Source of the DNA: Chitinophagales bacterium
Lineage (GTDB): Bacteria > Bacteroidota > Bacteroidia > Chitinophagales > UBA10324
DNA length: 64,000 bases
Direction of reading: 5' to 3'
Assembly: GCA_039810885.1 (NCBI GenBank)
Contig: JBDHXV010000006.1
Span: 12,455 to 76,454, forward strand
The translations under genes were made by a program, and so were the position numbers. The notes below the pieces were generated by a model. The model did no database searches and was not told the DNA's origin. It saw only the letters and a program-made list of their open reading frames with translations. Below, one piece after another: positions 35,305 to 45,672 of this stretch (positions are counted from its first letter, which is position 1; each line of letters opens with the position of its first letter).

Positions 35305-37443
35305 TTAAACTAGTTCTGTTTGAGCATGGGCTTGGCTATATTCGACATGCAACTTTTTCTGAATTTCTGCTGGAACCAACTGATATTCAGCAAACGCAGA
35401 TTTGTAACTTGCTCTGCCTTGAGTTAAACTACGTAATGTAGTTGAATATTTATCTAACTCGACTAATGGAATTTGTGCTTTAATAATTTGGTAATGTCCT
35501 TTGCTATCCATACCCAGTATGATGGCACGGCGTGTTTGCAAATCGCCCATCACATCGCCCATTTGTTCTTCAGGCACAAGAATTTCGATATTATAGAGAG
35601 GCTCCAATAACATAGGATCGGCTGCGTGGAATGCATCTTTGAATGCCATCATGCCGGCAATTTTAAACGCCATATCGTTACTATCTACCGGGTGCATTTT
35701 GCCATCGTAAATATAGACACATATATCGCGTACATAAGAGCCTGTTATCGGGCCTTCGTGCATTTTTTCCATAATGCCTTTTAGAATAGAAGGCATAAAA
35801 CGTGCGTCTATTGCCCCACCTACTATGCAATTATGATAGATGAGTTTTCCGCCCCAGTCAAGGTCTATGGTTTCCGTGCCCCGGACGTTAAATTCTTTTG
35901 GTGGTTGATATCCTTCTTTGTAGGGTTCAATGTGCATTGCAACTTCTGCAAATTGCCCAGCACCGCCGGATTGCTTTTTATGACGGTAGGTAGATTTAGC
36001 CTCTTTACGTATAGATTCTCTGTAGGGAATTTTTACCTTTTCAAAATCTACTGTTGACTTATAAATGTTTTCCATGCGCCATTTCATTGCAGCAAGATGT
36101 AATTCACCTTGTGCGCCAATAATCATTTGCTTGGCTTCGCGTGAAAATTCAATCGTAATCGTAGGGTCTTCCATGTGAATTTGTTTCATCACATCCCCCA
36201 ACTTTTCATCATCAGCCTTGTTCTTTGCAAAGATGGCTACCTTGAGCTTTGGCTCAGGAAAGTTTATGGGAGCAACACTCACATCAAAGCCTTTGGCGTG
36301 TAAGGTGTCATTGGTTTGTGTGCCCTTGAGTTTTACGGTGGCTCCTATGTCGCCTGCAGAAAGCTTGTTAACCGGGTTTCTATTTTTTCCGTCGAGGATA
36401 AATAGTTGATTAATGCGTTCTAATGCTCCGGTGGCATCATTTATAAGTTCTTGCCCTACGCTAACTTCACCACTGACGACTTTGAATATGGATAGGTTCC
36501 CAAGGTGTGGCTCTACGAGTGATTTGAATACAAATAAGGCAGTAGGTTTTGATTTATCGCACGGTATTTCGCTTCCATCGGGTTTATGCTCTGCCGGCAT
36601 ATCTATGGCACTCGGCACCACATTATCAATAAATCCCATCATTCTTCCGCTTCCCATATTGTTTTTTGCACTTAAGCAGAATACTGGAAATACTTCGTGT
36701 TTCATCATACCAATTTTTAACCCTTCACGCAACTCATTTTCATCGAGTGAGCCTTTTTCAAAATACAGATTCATAAGTTTCTCATCGTTCATTGCAGCTA
36801 TTTCAACTAATTCATTGTGCAAGTGATGCGCACGTTCCATTTCCTCAGAAGGTATTTCGAGTTTCTGTGGCTTGCCTCCACCCGGCCCGAATTGATAGAT
36901 CGTCATTTTTAACAAGTCAACGATAGTATTAAATCCGGGGCCCGTGTTCAAAGGATATTGCATTAGCGTAAATGCTTTACCAAACCTATTCTTTGCCATT
37001 TCAACCGTATGTTCAAAGTCTGCTTTTTCATGATCTAACTGATTAATGGCAAACATCATCGGCTTATCATAGGCCTCCAGATAATTCCATAAGATTTCTG
37101 TGCCTACGTCAATACCTTGTTGTGCATTTAATAGCATAACTCCCGTATCCGCTATACGAATTGCCGCAATTACTTCGCCGATAAAATCATCTAAGCCGGG
37201 AGTGTCTATGATATTAATTTTATAGTCGCGCCATTCGGTATGCAGATTGGTCGCATAGATGGAACTCCCTCGTTCAATCTCTATTTCGTGATAATCAGAT
37301 ACGGTGTTTCCATCTTCTACGCTACCTCGCCGGTTAATCAACCCGGCTTCAAACATCATTGTTTCGGCAAGAGTTGTTTTGCCCGATTTAGATGCGCCAA
37401 GCAAGACAATGTTTTTGATGTGCTTTTCGTCATAGGATTTCAT
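35305..37443 (-). CDS. elongation factor G paralog with degenerate GTPase motifs (EF-G II-like)
   Basis: 712 aa with the five-domain EF-G layout. The P-loop GASKSGKTT is intact. However, G3 is DTPGLDDF (canonical DTPGHVDF) and G4 is NQLD (canonical NKxD). Confidence 0.85.
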   Translation of the reverse strand: MKSYDEKHIKNIVLLGASKSGKTTLAETMMFEAGLINRRGSVEDGNTVSDYHEIEIERGSSIYATNLHTEWRDYKINIIDTPGLDDFIGEVIAAIRIADTGVMLLNAQQGIDVGTEILWNYLEAYDKPMMFAINQLDHEKADFEHTVEMAKNRFGKAFTLMQYPLNTGPGFNTIVDLLKMTIYQFGPGGGKPQKLEIPSEEMERAHHLHNELVEIAAMNDEKLMNLYFEKGSLDENELREGLKIGMMKHEVFPVFCLSAKNNMGSGRMMGFIDNVVPSAIDMPAEHKPDGSEIPCDKSKPTALFVFKSLVEPHLGNLSIFKVVSGEVSVGQELINDATGALERINQLFILDGKNRNPVNKLSAGDIGATVKLKGTQTNDTLHAKGFDVSVAPINFPEPKLKVAIFAKNKADDEKLGDVMKQIHMEDPTITIEFSREAKQMIIGAQGELHLAAMKWRMENIYKSTVDFEKVKIPYRESIRKEAKSTYRHKKQSGGAGQFAEVAMHIEPYKEGYQPPKEFNVRGTETIDLDWGGKLIYHNCIVGGAIDARFMPSILKGIMEKMHEGPITGSYVRDICVYIYDGKMHPVDSNDMAFKIAGMMAFKDAFHAADPMLLEPLYNIEILVPEEQMGDVMGDLQTRRAIILGMDSKGHYQIIKAQIPLVELDKYSTTLRSLTQGRASYKSAFAEYQLVPAEIQKKLHVEYSQAHAQTELV

Positions 37444-37576
37444 AAGTCAAGTGTTTAAGAGGTGAAATGTAAATTTTAGTGTAAGTTATTATACTTGATG
37501 CGGATAACCAATGATTTTTCGACTAAATAGTTTCAACGAGTTGGGCTATATTGGCAAATCCTAAAACAATTTTATC

Positions 37577-39142
37577 ATGATGAAACAAAAAACTACTCTA
37601 TTATTCTCACTATTGGTATTGTTATTTACCTATGGTGCTAAGTCGCAAAGCTTGCCTTGCGATAATTCTGTTCCGGTTAACGCAATTCTTGAGAACGAAG
37701 CGTGTGGATCAACCGATAATGATGATTGCAACAATGCTCAAGAAGTTTCTTGCGGGGATCTGATTTCGGGAACTTCTTATATGCAGGGATCGACTGTAGA
37801 TGCGGACTGGTATAAGTTTACCATAGCTGATGATGCAACTGTTACCGTAACATTTAACTCAAGCAAATCTTTTTATTTCTCGATTATTGATAACTGCACA
37901 GATCAGAACGTGCTTGCGGTTGGAGTTAACGATCCTTGTGTGATAAGCACAGCGGTTGCTAACCTTACATCTGGCACATACTACATCAACGTGTTTCCCT
38001 CTTTTGATTTTATTAATACCTGGAGTTGTGATGATGGAATTACCTATGCATTCACTTTAGATTGCAGTAACGGGCCAAGTGGTTGCACATTGGATGCTGC
38101 TGCCGCTGCTACAGATCCATCTTGTGGCGGATTGGGTGATGATGGTTCAATTTCTCTCATTATCATAGATGGTCAGCCCTTCTATGATGTTCAATGGGAT
38201 AATGGTGAATCTTCGCAGGATCTGTACAACCTAACTTCGGGAGTCTATTGTTATACGGTAACGGATGGTTTAGGGTGTACAGTAAGCGATTGTGTAACTC
38301 TGAATCCTCCGGCTTGTAATGCCCCTCAAAATGTCCATGCTACATCAGTATCAAATCTTCAGGCTACCATAAATTGGGATGGCAGCCCGTGTGCGTTAAA
38401 ATACCGTGTACAAATTCGCAAGCAGGGGGAGGTGACGTGGACTACTTATTTTGTGAATGCAGGAAATCAATTTAAAACACTTTATAATTTATCTCCCGGA
38501 ACAGCCTATCAATGCCGTGTGCGTGCAGTATGTTCAACAAATGGTTCCGTGTTATCACCATTTAGTGCTTTATTAAACTTTTCTACATCCGGTTGCGAAA
38601 CACCAAGCACGCCCTCAGCAAATGTTTTGTCATCATCAGAAGTTGAAGTGTTTTGGACTGTTGTGCCGGGGGTAACAAAATACCGTGTTCGTTATCGCGA
38701 AGTTGGTGCAACTTCATGGAATCTGAAATTTATTTTGCATCCACAGAGCAGCACGTTTATTGGAAATCTTACACCGGCTACAACCTATGAATACCAAATA
38801 GCTGCTGTTTGTACAGATGCAACAAATCTTTCCAACTTTACTCCAATCAATACGTTTACCACAAATGCTTTGAGACTTGGTGAAAAGTTAAATGCATACA
38901 TAAACCTATACCCAAATCCAACATCAGGGAATATAGTTATAAGTGTACACGGAATTGACGCTAACACTGCTCGACTCGAAATATATGATGTGCTTGGAAG
39001 GCAATTGTCCTTTGAACAAGTTAATATCAACGAAGGAGAAGCGTCGCTAACTCGTGATTATTCCAACTTAGCTAAAGGGGTTTACTTTGTTCGTTTTAGT
39101 TACAATGGAATCACCAATAACATCAAGTTTATTAAAGAATAA
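37577..39142 (+). CDS. T9SS-sorted surface protein: signal peptide, PPC-like domain, SprB repeat, 2x FN3, T9SS C-terminal domain
   Basis: The PPC-like segment is DADWYKFTI...GTYYINV. The SprB-type repeat is DPSCGGLGDGSISL..GQPFYDVQWDNG...LTSGVYCYTVTDGLGC. Two Cys-bracketed FN3-like units (KYRVQIRKQG, KYRVRYREVG) follow. The CTD is LYPNPTSGNIVISV...GVYFVRF. Confidence 0.8.
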   Translation: MMKQKTTLLFSLLVLLFTYGAKSQSLPCDNSVPVNAILENEACGSTDNDDCNNAQEVSCGDLISGTSYMQGSTVDADWYKFTIADDATVTVTFNSSKSFYFSIIDNCTDQNVLAVGVNDPCVISTAVANLTSGTYYINVFPSFDFINTWSCDDGITYAFTLDCSNGPSGCTLDAAAAATDPSCGGLGDDGSISLIIIDGQPFYDVQWDNGESSQDLYNLTSGVYCYTVTDGLGCTVSDCVTLNPPACNAPQNVHATSVSNLQATINWDGSPCALKYRVQIRKQGEVTWTTYFVNAGNQFKTLYNLSPGTAYQCRVRAVCSTNGSVLSPFSALLNFSTSGCETPSTPSANVLSSSEVEVFWTVVPGVTKYRVRYREVGATSWNLKFILHPQSSTFIGNLTPATTYEYQIAAVCTDATNLSNFTPINTFTTNALRLGEKLNAYINLYPNPTSGNIVISVHGIDANTARLEIYDVLGRQLSFEQVNINEGEASLTRDYSNLAKGVYFVRFSYNGITNNIKFIKE

Positions 39143-39168
39143 TTTTTTTTCATATTTATGAAGAGCAG

Positions 39169-39202
39169 AAGAGAGTGGCACCCGCCGCTCTCTTTGCTTT
39201 TT
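39169..39202 (+). terminator. intrinsic terminator
   Basis: An 11-bp stem (aagagagtggc / gccgctctctt, one G-U pair) with an ACCC loop is followed by tgcttttt. It lies 27 nt after the stop at 39142. Confidence 0.75.
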
Positions 39203-39277
39203 GTGAGGTGTGTGATTTGATTAGCTAATCTGTATTTCGTAATTTATTATATTGCCAAAACACAAACACAATTTACG

Positions 39278-40408
39278 ATGCACCTTAAAACTATTTTATT
39301 ACTTCTTGTATGTTCATTAGTAATGCTCTCAACCGCTAATGCACAATCTGAACCATGTGTGTTGGAAGTTGTTGCTGATGGGGTTGATCCCACTTGCGGG
39401 GCAGGGCTTGACAATGGCTCTATCATTTTAACGATAAATAATGGCGTGCCCTTTTATTTTATAACATGGAGTAATGGTGGCCAAGGATTAAGTCAATATT
39501 TTCTATCAGTTGGAACATACTGTTATACGGTTACGGACGGCTCAGGATGTTCGGCTAATGGCTGTGTAACACTTAATCCGCCAGTTTGTGGTGCGCCACA
39601 AAATGCAACAGCTACCGGAATTACAAATACACAAGCAACCATTACATGGACGGGAAGTTCTTGTGCTAAGAAATATCGTGTACAATATCGCAAGCAAGGT
39701 GCAAGTGATTGGTTAATGGTTAATTCAAACGCATCCCTAAGAGTTTTAAATAATTTAGAGTCAGGTACGGTGTATCAATGCCGTGTGCGTTCGGTTTGTT
39801 CAACAGATGGCTCTGTCTTGTCTCCGTTCAGCAGCCTATTTACATTTTCAACTGCAGGATGTAAGGCACCCGAGGCTCCTACCGTGACCAATCTCTCAGC
39901 AAGTGAGGCTAAAATATCATGGGGAATTATTTCAGGAGTATCAAAATATCGAGTTCTCTATAGAGAAGCAGGTACTACAAGCTGGATGTTAAAAATAGTA
40001 GTCCACCCACAAAATAGTGTCATCCTTAGTAATCTGAATGCATCTACAACGTATGAATATCAAATGGTGACCGTATGCACTGATGCCAGCAATCTATCGA
40101 ATTATACGCCGATAGATACTTTTACAACAAATGCTTTGCGGCTAAATGAAATTAGCTCTACAGATGTAATCCTTTATCCCAATCCAACATCAGGAATAAT
40201 TACGATAAATTGGAACAATGAACAGAGTGAAATGGTACAACTTGAAGTGTATGATATGCTTGGTAGGCAAGTAAGTTCAGAATGGACACTGCTAAATCAA
40301 GGTTCTACCTTATTAAGGCGTGATTACGCGGATCTGCCCAAAGGCAATTACCTAATTCGTTTTAAATCTAATACCTCGGAATATAAATTGAGATTTACGA
40401 AGCAATAG
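39278..40408 (+). CDS. T9SS-sorted surface protein paralog: signal peptide, SprB repeat, 2x FN3, T9SS C-terminal domain
   Basis: It has the same architecture as 37577..39142 but lacks the PPC-like N-domain. The match to the upstream paralog is DPTCGAGLDNGSIIL..GVPFYFITWSNG...VGTYCYTVTDGSGC, and the CTD is LYPNPTSGIITINW...GNYLIRF. Confidence 0.8.
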   Translation: MHLKTILLLLVCSLVMLSTANAQSEPCVLEVVADGVDPTCGAGLDNGSIILTINNGVPFYFITWSNGGQGLSQYFLSVGTYCYTVTDGSGCSANGCVTLNPPVCGAPQNATATGITNTQATITWTGSSCAKKYRVQYRKQGASDWLMVNSNASLRVLNNLESGTVYQCRVRSVCSTDGSVLSPFSSLFTFSTAGCKAPEAPTVTNLSASEAKISWGIISGVSKYRVLYREAGTTSWMLKIVVHPQNSVILSNLNASTTYEYQMVTVCTDASNLSNYTPIDTFTTNALRLNEISSTDVILYPNPTSGIITINWNNEQSEMVQLEVYDMLGRQVSSEWTLLNQGSTLLRRDYADLPKGNYLIRFKSNTSEYKLRFTKQ

Positions 40409-40474
40409 GGAATGAAACTATAGAAATGCTACGGCAATAAATCACTCGCATTAAATAAGTATTTTACGATTGAA

Positions 40475-41227
40475 TTATTGTATATAAATTTTATCTTTTA
40501 CAATTCCGTTTTTGTGAAGGAAGTGCCTCATACTCACCGACAATACACCCAAGCCATACTTCATACTTCTTCTGAAATTGATACTGCTGGCCTCCTCGAA
40601 ATATTTGGTTGGACAGGTAACCTCAGCTATCTCAAATCCGGCCATGAAAATTTGAGACAACATTTCATTATCGAAGACAAAATCATCCGAGTTCTTGTTA
40701 TAGGCAATATGTTCTAATACATTTTTAGAAAAAGCACGATAACCGGTATGGTATTCAGAAAGTTTTTGATTAATCAGAATGTTTTGGGATAAGGTAAGAA
40801 AACGATTGAAAATATATTTATAGATAGGCATTCCTCCCTTTAAAGCTCCTTTCCCGAGTATTCGAGAGCCTAAGACTACCGGATATAAATCATTTGCGAT
40901 GATGCTGGCCATTGCCGGTATCAATAAAGGAGTGTATTGATAGTCGGGGTGCAGCATAACGACAATTTCAGCACCCAGTTCGAGTGCTTTATTGTAACAA
41001 GATTTCTGATTGCCGCCGTAGCCTTTATTCTTCTGATGAACGATAATATGTTTAATGCCAAGTTTTTTTCCTTGTGCCACCGTATCATCTTTACTCGCAT
41101 CATCAACGAGCACCACATCATCTACGATACTGAAATCTATCTCACGATAAGTACGTTCCAAAGTAGCCGCAGCATTATATGCCGGCAGTACCACAACCAC
41201 TTTTTTATTATTAATCATATCGTGCAA
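40475..41227 (-). CDS. glycosyltransferase family 2 (GT-A, dolichyl/polyprenyl-phosphate sugar synthase-like)
   Basis: The motifs are VVVLPAYNAAATLERT, VLVDDASKDDT and GYGGNQK. The 250-aa protein is soluble. Confidence 0.8.
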   Translation of the reverse strand: MHDMINNKKVVVVLPAYNAAATLERTYREIDFSIVDDVVLVDDASKDDTVAQGKKLGIKHIIVHQKNKGYGGNQKSCYNKALELGAEIVVMLHPDYQYTPLLIPAMASIIANDLYPVVLGSRILGKGALKGGMPIYKYIFNRFLTLSQNILINQKLSEYHTGYRAFSKNVLEHIAYNKNSDDFVFDNEMLSQIFMAGFEIAEVTCPTKYFEEASSINFRRSMKYGLGVLSVSMRHFLHKNGIVKDKIYIQ

Positions 41228-41311
41228 AAGTAGGAGAGTAATGATTACACACTTTCATAATTTGTTGATGTTTTCAACAAATCAGATATTTGAAACCTTA
41301 GCTTTATTGCA

Positions 41312-42508
41312 TTGCGTATTCTTCAGGTTTGTAAAAAGTTTCCTTATCCGTTAATCGATGGCGAACGCATTGCCATCTATCAATTATACAAAGGCCTGCA
41401 ACAAGCCGGTGCCAATATAACTATTGCCTCTCTTAACACGAAAAAGCATTATACAAACATCGAAAATATCTCTCCATCCATATTTGATAATAAAATATAT
41501 TATTCCAAGACCATAGATACAACACCAACGAGTATAGGATTTTTAAAATCTTGGATTAAAGGAAGTTCTTACAATATAGATCGATTTTACAACAAGGAGT
41601 TTGAGCAACAATTAATTAAGATATTGAAAGAAACTTCTTTTGATATTATACAACTGGAGGGGATGTTCCTATACCCTTACATCAAGGCAATTCGTAAAAA
41701 TACAAAAGCAAAAATCGTTTTACGCTCTCATAATATTGAACACCGGATACTGGATCGTAACCTCACGTTGACAAAAGCAGGATTGAAAAAGGTATTGTGG
41801 CGCATGCTTCAAAAACGCATGCAGAAGACTGAAAAGCTGATACTTAAAGAGGTTGATGCAATAGTTCCCATCTCGGAAATTGATGCACTTTGGTATCGGG
41901 AAAATAGATTTCTAAAACCTCTTCATGTAACAATGACCGGCTTCGATAAACCGGAGCAAGTCAGTCATCAGTTTAATGAGAAATTGCAGCTCTACTATCT
42001 GGGGTCTATGGATTGGTTGCCCAATGTGGAAGGAGTGAAATGGTTTATTAAGAATGTTTGGGTCGAGTTACTTAAAGAAAAGCTACCTTTAAATTTGTAT
42101 CTGCCTCTTTTTACTAATAGCGAAAAATGGTTCTCAGATATACGTGATATTATATGGGTAGAAAAGGTAGAGGATGTAAATGTATTTATCTCAGGTAAAG
42201 ATATTTTGGTTGTTCCTTTATTTTCAGGAAGCGGTATTCGTATTAAAATACCGGAAGCGATGAATCATGGAAGGGTGGTCATTTCTACAAGCATTGGTGC
42301 AGAAGGGTTAGGGCTGAACTCAGGTCAAGAATTTCTTCTTGCTGATGATGCAACGACATTTATTAAACTGATTAAGCAATTGAGTTTAAATCGTTCACAA
42401 TTGGAACAACTTTCGGTTCGCGGGTTCAATACGTGTCGTCAGAGATTTGATACGCTTAAACTTGCATCGGAGTTACTTCAATTTTATCAAACATTATTAC
42501 AATGCTGA
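41312..42508 (+). CDS. glycosyltransferase family 4
   Basis: A TTG start gives MRILQVCKKFPYPLIDGERI, a typical GT4 N-terminus. A C-terminal GT-B sugar-donor domain is present. Confidence 0.75.
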   Translation: MRILQVCKKFPYPLIDGERIAIYQLYKGLQQAGANITIASLNTKKHYTNIENISPSIFDNKIYYSKTIDTTPTSIGFLKSWIKGSSYNIDRFYNKEFEQQLIKILKETSFDIIQLEGMFLYPYIKAIRKNTKAKIVLRSHNIEHRILDRNLTLTKAGLKKVLWRMLQKRMQKTEKLILKEVDAIVPISEIDALWYRENRFLKPLHVTMTGFDKPEQVSHQFNEKLQLYYLGSMDWLPNVEGVKWFIKNVWVELLKEKLPLNLYLPLFTNSEKWFSDIRDIIWVEKVEDVNVFISGKDILVVPLFSGSGIRIKIPEAMNHGRVVISTSIGAEGLGLNSGQEFLLADDATTFIKLIKQLSLNRSQLEQLSVRGFNTCRQRFDTLKLASELLQFYQTLLQC

Positions 42509-43668
42509 TAACACTATATCTTATTTGCATTTCACTCATTCTTTTTTCCTATGTAGGATATCCTTTAAGCTTAATCATACTTCGCATAGCACATAAGCGA
42601 ATTTATAAACCCTATACAACAACCGAGGACTTGCCGACTATAGATATCATTATTTCTGTCCGCAATGAATCTACGGTTATAGAAAAAAAAATCCATTCTC
42701 TATTTCACACATCCTATCCCATAGAAAAGATTACGGTCACGGTAATCTCCGACGCCTCTACTGATGAAACAGATGAAATTCTCCAACAATTAGTAAAGAA
42801 CTATCCCTCACTTTATATTCATATCAATAAAGAGCGAAAAGGGAAGCCCGAAAATGTGAACAGCTTAGCTCAGCAAAGTAGGAGTGCCGTACTTGTGCTA
42901 ACTGATGCAAATGTATTTTTTGAATTTGACACCTTGTTTAACCTGATTAAACCATTTGCGGATAAGCGAATTGGACTTTGCGGTGCTGTTATCAGAAATT
43001 CAATACAGACAACCAAAGGTATTGCAGAGCAGGAAAAGAGTTACATCCAACTTGAAACTAAAATTAAGCAATTAGAGGGCGAGTGCTTTGGAAGTATGAT
43101 TGGTCCGTTTGGCGGATGTTATGCTCTTCGCAGAGAGCTATTTCGTCCGGTTCCCGATAACAACCCGGTTGATGACTTTTATATTGGCATGAGTGTATTG
43201 GCATTAAGAAAAGATGCCATATTAGTAGAGGATGCAATCTGTGTTGAGGATGTGCCGGATGATATCAGACAGGAAATCAAGCGTAAACGCCGCATAGCAA
43301 ACGGAAATTTTAAAAACTTCATCTATTTTATACACCTCTTAACTCCATCTCATCCTTATACGGCTTATGCCTTCTTTTCACATAAAATCATACGTTGGTT
43401 TACCCCTATTTTATACTTACTTTCCTTAATTCCACTTACTCTTTTAGTTATCAATAAGCAATTTGTAGCTATAGCCATCTTGCAGCTATTCTTGTGGTTT
43501 GCTGTAATCATAGACCTGATATTAATCAAACGTAACATTCCTACCGGACCCATGCGCTTCATTACGTATTTTTGCCAAATGAACATTGCCCTTCTTTTAG
43601 GGTTTATTGATTTTTTAAATGGAAAGAAAGCACACATCTGGGAGCCGACCCAAAGAAGTAAAAGTTAA
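42502..43668 (+). CDS. membrane-bound glycosyltransferase family 2 (processive synthase-like)
   Basis: An N-terminal TM segment and a GT-A core ([28 protein letters not shown]) are followed by C-terminal TM helices. It overlaps the upstream GT4 by 7 nt. Confidence 0.75.
   Translation: MLITLYLICISLILFSYVGYPLSLIILRIAHKRIYKPYTTTEDLPTIDIIISVRNESTVIEKKIHSLFHTSYPIEKITVTVISDASTDETDEILQQLVKNYPSLYIHINKERKGKPENVNSLAQQSRSAVLVLTDANVFFEFDTLFNLIKPFADKRIGLCGAVIRNSIQTTKGIAEQEKSYIQLETKIKQLEGECFGSMIGPFGGCYALRRELFRPVPDNNPVDDFYIGMSVLALRKDAILVEDAICVEDVPDDIRQEIKRKRRIANGNFKNFIYFIHLLTPSHPYTAYAFFSHKIIRWFTPILYLLSLIPLTLLVINKQFVAIAILQLFLWFAVIIDLILIKRNIPTGPMRFITYFCQMNIALLLGFIDFLNGKKAHIWEPTQRSKS
42683..42691 (+). repeat. 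poly(A)9 tract inside the GT2 coding sequence
   Basis: Counted directly: ata-g-aaaaaaaaa-tcc. It encodes IEKKI. Confidence 0.9.
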
Positions 43669-44893
43669 ATTAGACACCATTGAATCTGCAATTAAAGACA
43701 TAGCTGCCGGCAAACTGGTGATAGTTGTTGATGATGAAGACCGCGAAAACGAAGGAGACTTTATTACTGCGGCTCGAAACGTAACTCCTGAAGTAATAAA
43801 TTTTATGTCCAAGCATGGGCGAGGACTTATCTGTGCTCCATTAGCTGAAGACCGTTGCGATGAGCTTGGCTTGGACTTGATGGTGGGAGATAATACAGCT
43901 TTACATCAAACCCCATTTACGGTATCGGTAGATTTAATCGGTCACGGATGCACCACCGGCATTTCCGCTTCAGATAGAGCCAAAACCATAAAGGCATTAA
44001 TTAATAAAAAGACAAAGCCCTCTGACTTGGGCCGCCCCGGGCACATTTTTCCACTAAAGGCAACGCGCGAAGGAGTTATACGACGTGCAGGCCACACAGA
44101 GGCAACAATAGACTTAGCTCGTCTTGCAGGCTTTGAACCCGCTGGCGTACTCGTTGAAATAATGAATGAAGATGGAACTATGGCGCGCCTTCCTGATTTA
44201 ATGAAAGTTGCCCAACAGTTTAAACTTAAAATTATCTCTATAAAAGACTTAATAGCGTATCGTTTGCAAAAGGAATCGTTAATTAGGCGGGAGGTTACAG
44301 TAAATATGCCTACCGAATGGGGCGACTTTCAGTTAACAGCTTATACACAAATCAATACCGGACAGACACATCTTGCGTTGCACAAGGGTAAATGGAACAA
44401 GAGTGATTCGGTAATAGTCCGAGTTCACTCTTGCTGCTTAACCGGAGACATCTTTGGCTCTCAACGCTGTGATTGCGGAGAGCAACTCCACGTGGCGATG
44501 CAAATGGTAGAGAAGAAAGGTAAGGGAGTTATTCTATATATGAATCAAGAGGGGCGTGGAATAGGCCTTCTAAATAAACTTAAAGCCTACCGCCTGCAAG
44601 AGCAAGGAAAAGATACGGTCGAAGCTAATTTGGCATTAGGGTTCAGCATGGACAATCGGGATTACGGTATAGGTGCACAAATATTGCGCGATCTTGGAAT
44701 CAGTAAGATCAAACTTATTTCCAATAATCCGAAGAAGCGCGCAGGCTTGAGTGGATATGGTTTGGAAATAGTGGAAACAATTCCTATAGAAATGAAACCT
44801 ACTAAGCATAATTTACGCTATCTAAAAACGAAACGAGATAAAATGGGGCATACCATTTTAAAGAATACAACTAAACTAAAACTCATTAAATAA
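43619..44893 (+). CDS. ribBA: bifunctional 3,4-dihydroxy-2-butanone-4-phosphate synthase / GTP cyclohydrolase II
   Basis: RibB motifs are [14 protein letters not shown] and RAGHTEA. The RibA zinc site is [18 protein letters not shown]. The only in-frame start upstream of the conserved LDTIE is ATG 43619, which gives a 50-nt overlap with the preceding gene. Confidence 0.92.
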   Translation: MERKHTSGSRPKEVKVKLDTIESAIKDIAAGKLVIVVDDEDRENEGDFITAARNVTPEVINFMSKHGRGLICAPLAEDRCDELGLDLMVGDNTALHQTPFTVSVDLIGHGCTTGISASDRAKTIKALINKKTKPSDLGRPGHIFPLKATREGVIRRAGHTEATIDLARLAGFEPAGVLVEIMNEDGTMARLPDLMKVAQQFKLKIISIKDLIAYRLQKESLIRREVTVNMPTEWGDFQLTAYTQINTGQTHLALHKGKWNKSDSVIVRVHSCCLTGDIFGSQRCDCGEQLHVAMQMVEKKGKGVILYMNQEGRGIGLLNKLKAYRLQEQGKDTVEANLALGFSMDNRDYGIGAQILRDLGISKIKLISNNPKKRAGLSGYGLEIVETIPIEMKPTKHNLRYLKTKRDKMGHTILKNTTKLKLIK

Positions 44894-44904
44894 AAAACCC
44901 TGCC

Positions 44905-45582
44905 TTGCGCATAGATATCATTACTGTATTGCCTGATTTATTAAAAAGCCCATTTGAGCATTCCATCCTGAAACGTGCGCAACAAAAGAATCTTGTACAG
45001 ATAGTGGTTCATAATCTGCGTGATTACACGAGATATAATCATAAACAGGTTGACGATTATCAATACGGAGGCAGTGCCGGTATGGTGTTAATGATTGAAC
45101 CAATTGACCTTTGCATTACCCAGCTAAAATATGAACGGGAGTATGACGAAGTTATATATATGGCTCCTGATGGAGAATTGCTCACACAGAGGATTTCTAA
45201 TTCACTATCAATATTGAATAATATCATACTGCTGTGTGGACATTACAAAGGCATTGATGAACGCATTCGAGAACATTTAATCACCAGAGAAATTTCTATA
45301 GGTGATTATGTTTTAACCGGCGGCGAGTTAGCTGTGGCCGTGCTCGTAGATTCAGTCGTGCGTTTGATTCCCGGAGTGTTAAACGAAGAAACCTCTGCTT
45401 TAACAGACTCTTATCAAGATAACCTAATATCACCGCCTGTTTATACCCGTCCTGAAGAATACAAAGGGTGGAAAGTTCCCGGCATTTTATTAAGCGGTCA
45501 TCAAAAAAATATTGACGAGTGGCGCTATCAACAATCGCTTGAACGAACAGCAGCACGTAGAAAGAACTTACTCGATGAATAA
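44905..45582 (+). CDS. trmD: tRNA (guanine37-N1)-methyltransferase
   Basis: TTG start. The motifs are [24 protein letters not shown] and [29 protein letters not shown]. Confidence 0.93.
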   Translation: MRIDIITVLPDLLKSPFEHSILKRAQQKNLVQIVVHNLRDYTRYNHKQVDDYQYGGSAGMVLMIEPIDLCITQLKYEREYDEVIYMAPDGELLTQRISNSLSILNNIILLCGHYKGIDERIREHLITREISIGDYVLTGGELAVAVLVDSVVRLIPGVLNEETSALTDSYQDNLISPPVYTRPEEYKGWKVPGILLSGHQKNIDEWRYQQSLERTAARRKNLLDE

Positions 45583-45672
45583 ATGTTTAGACTTGGGCAT
45601 TAAGTAACTGTTCGCTTGGGGATTCCATAACAATTGATACTTTTAATCGTTCGGCAAAAGAATTTAATAATT

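Noticed and set aside
36413-36826. Long antisense ORFs inside well-supported genes (36413..36826 in EF-G, 33380..33751 in ettA, 18284..18724 in the GH gene, 5027..5365 in tyrS, 40937..41233 in GT2, 24989..25279 in thiolase and others)
   Set aside because: Each is embedded opposite a gene with strong family motifs. Their products are low-complexity or Ser/Cys/Leu-rich, as is typical of shadow frames, and they show no independent start context.
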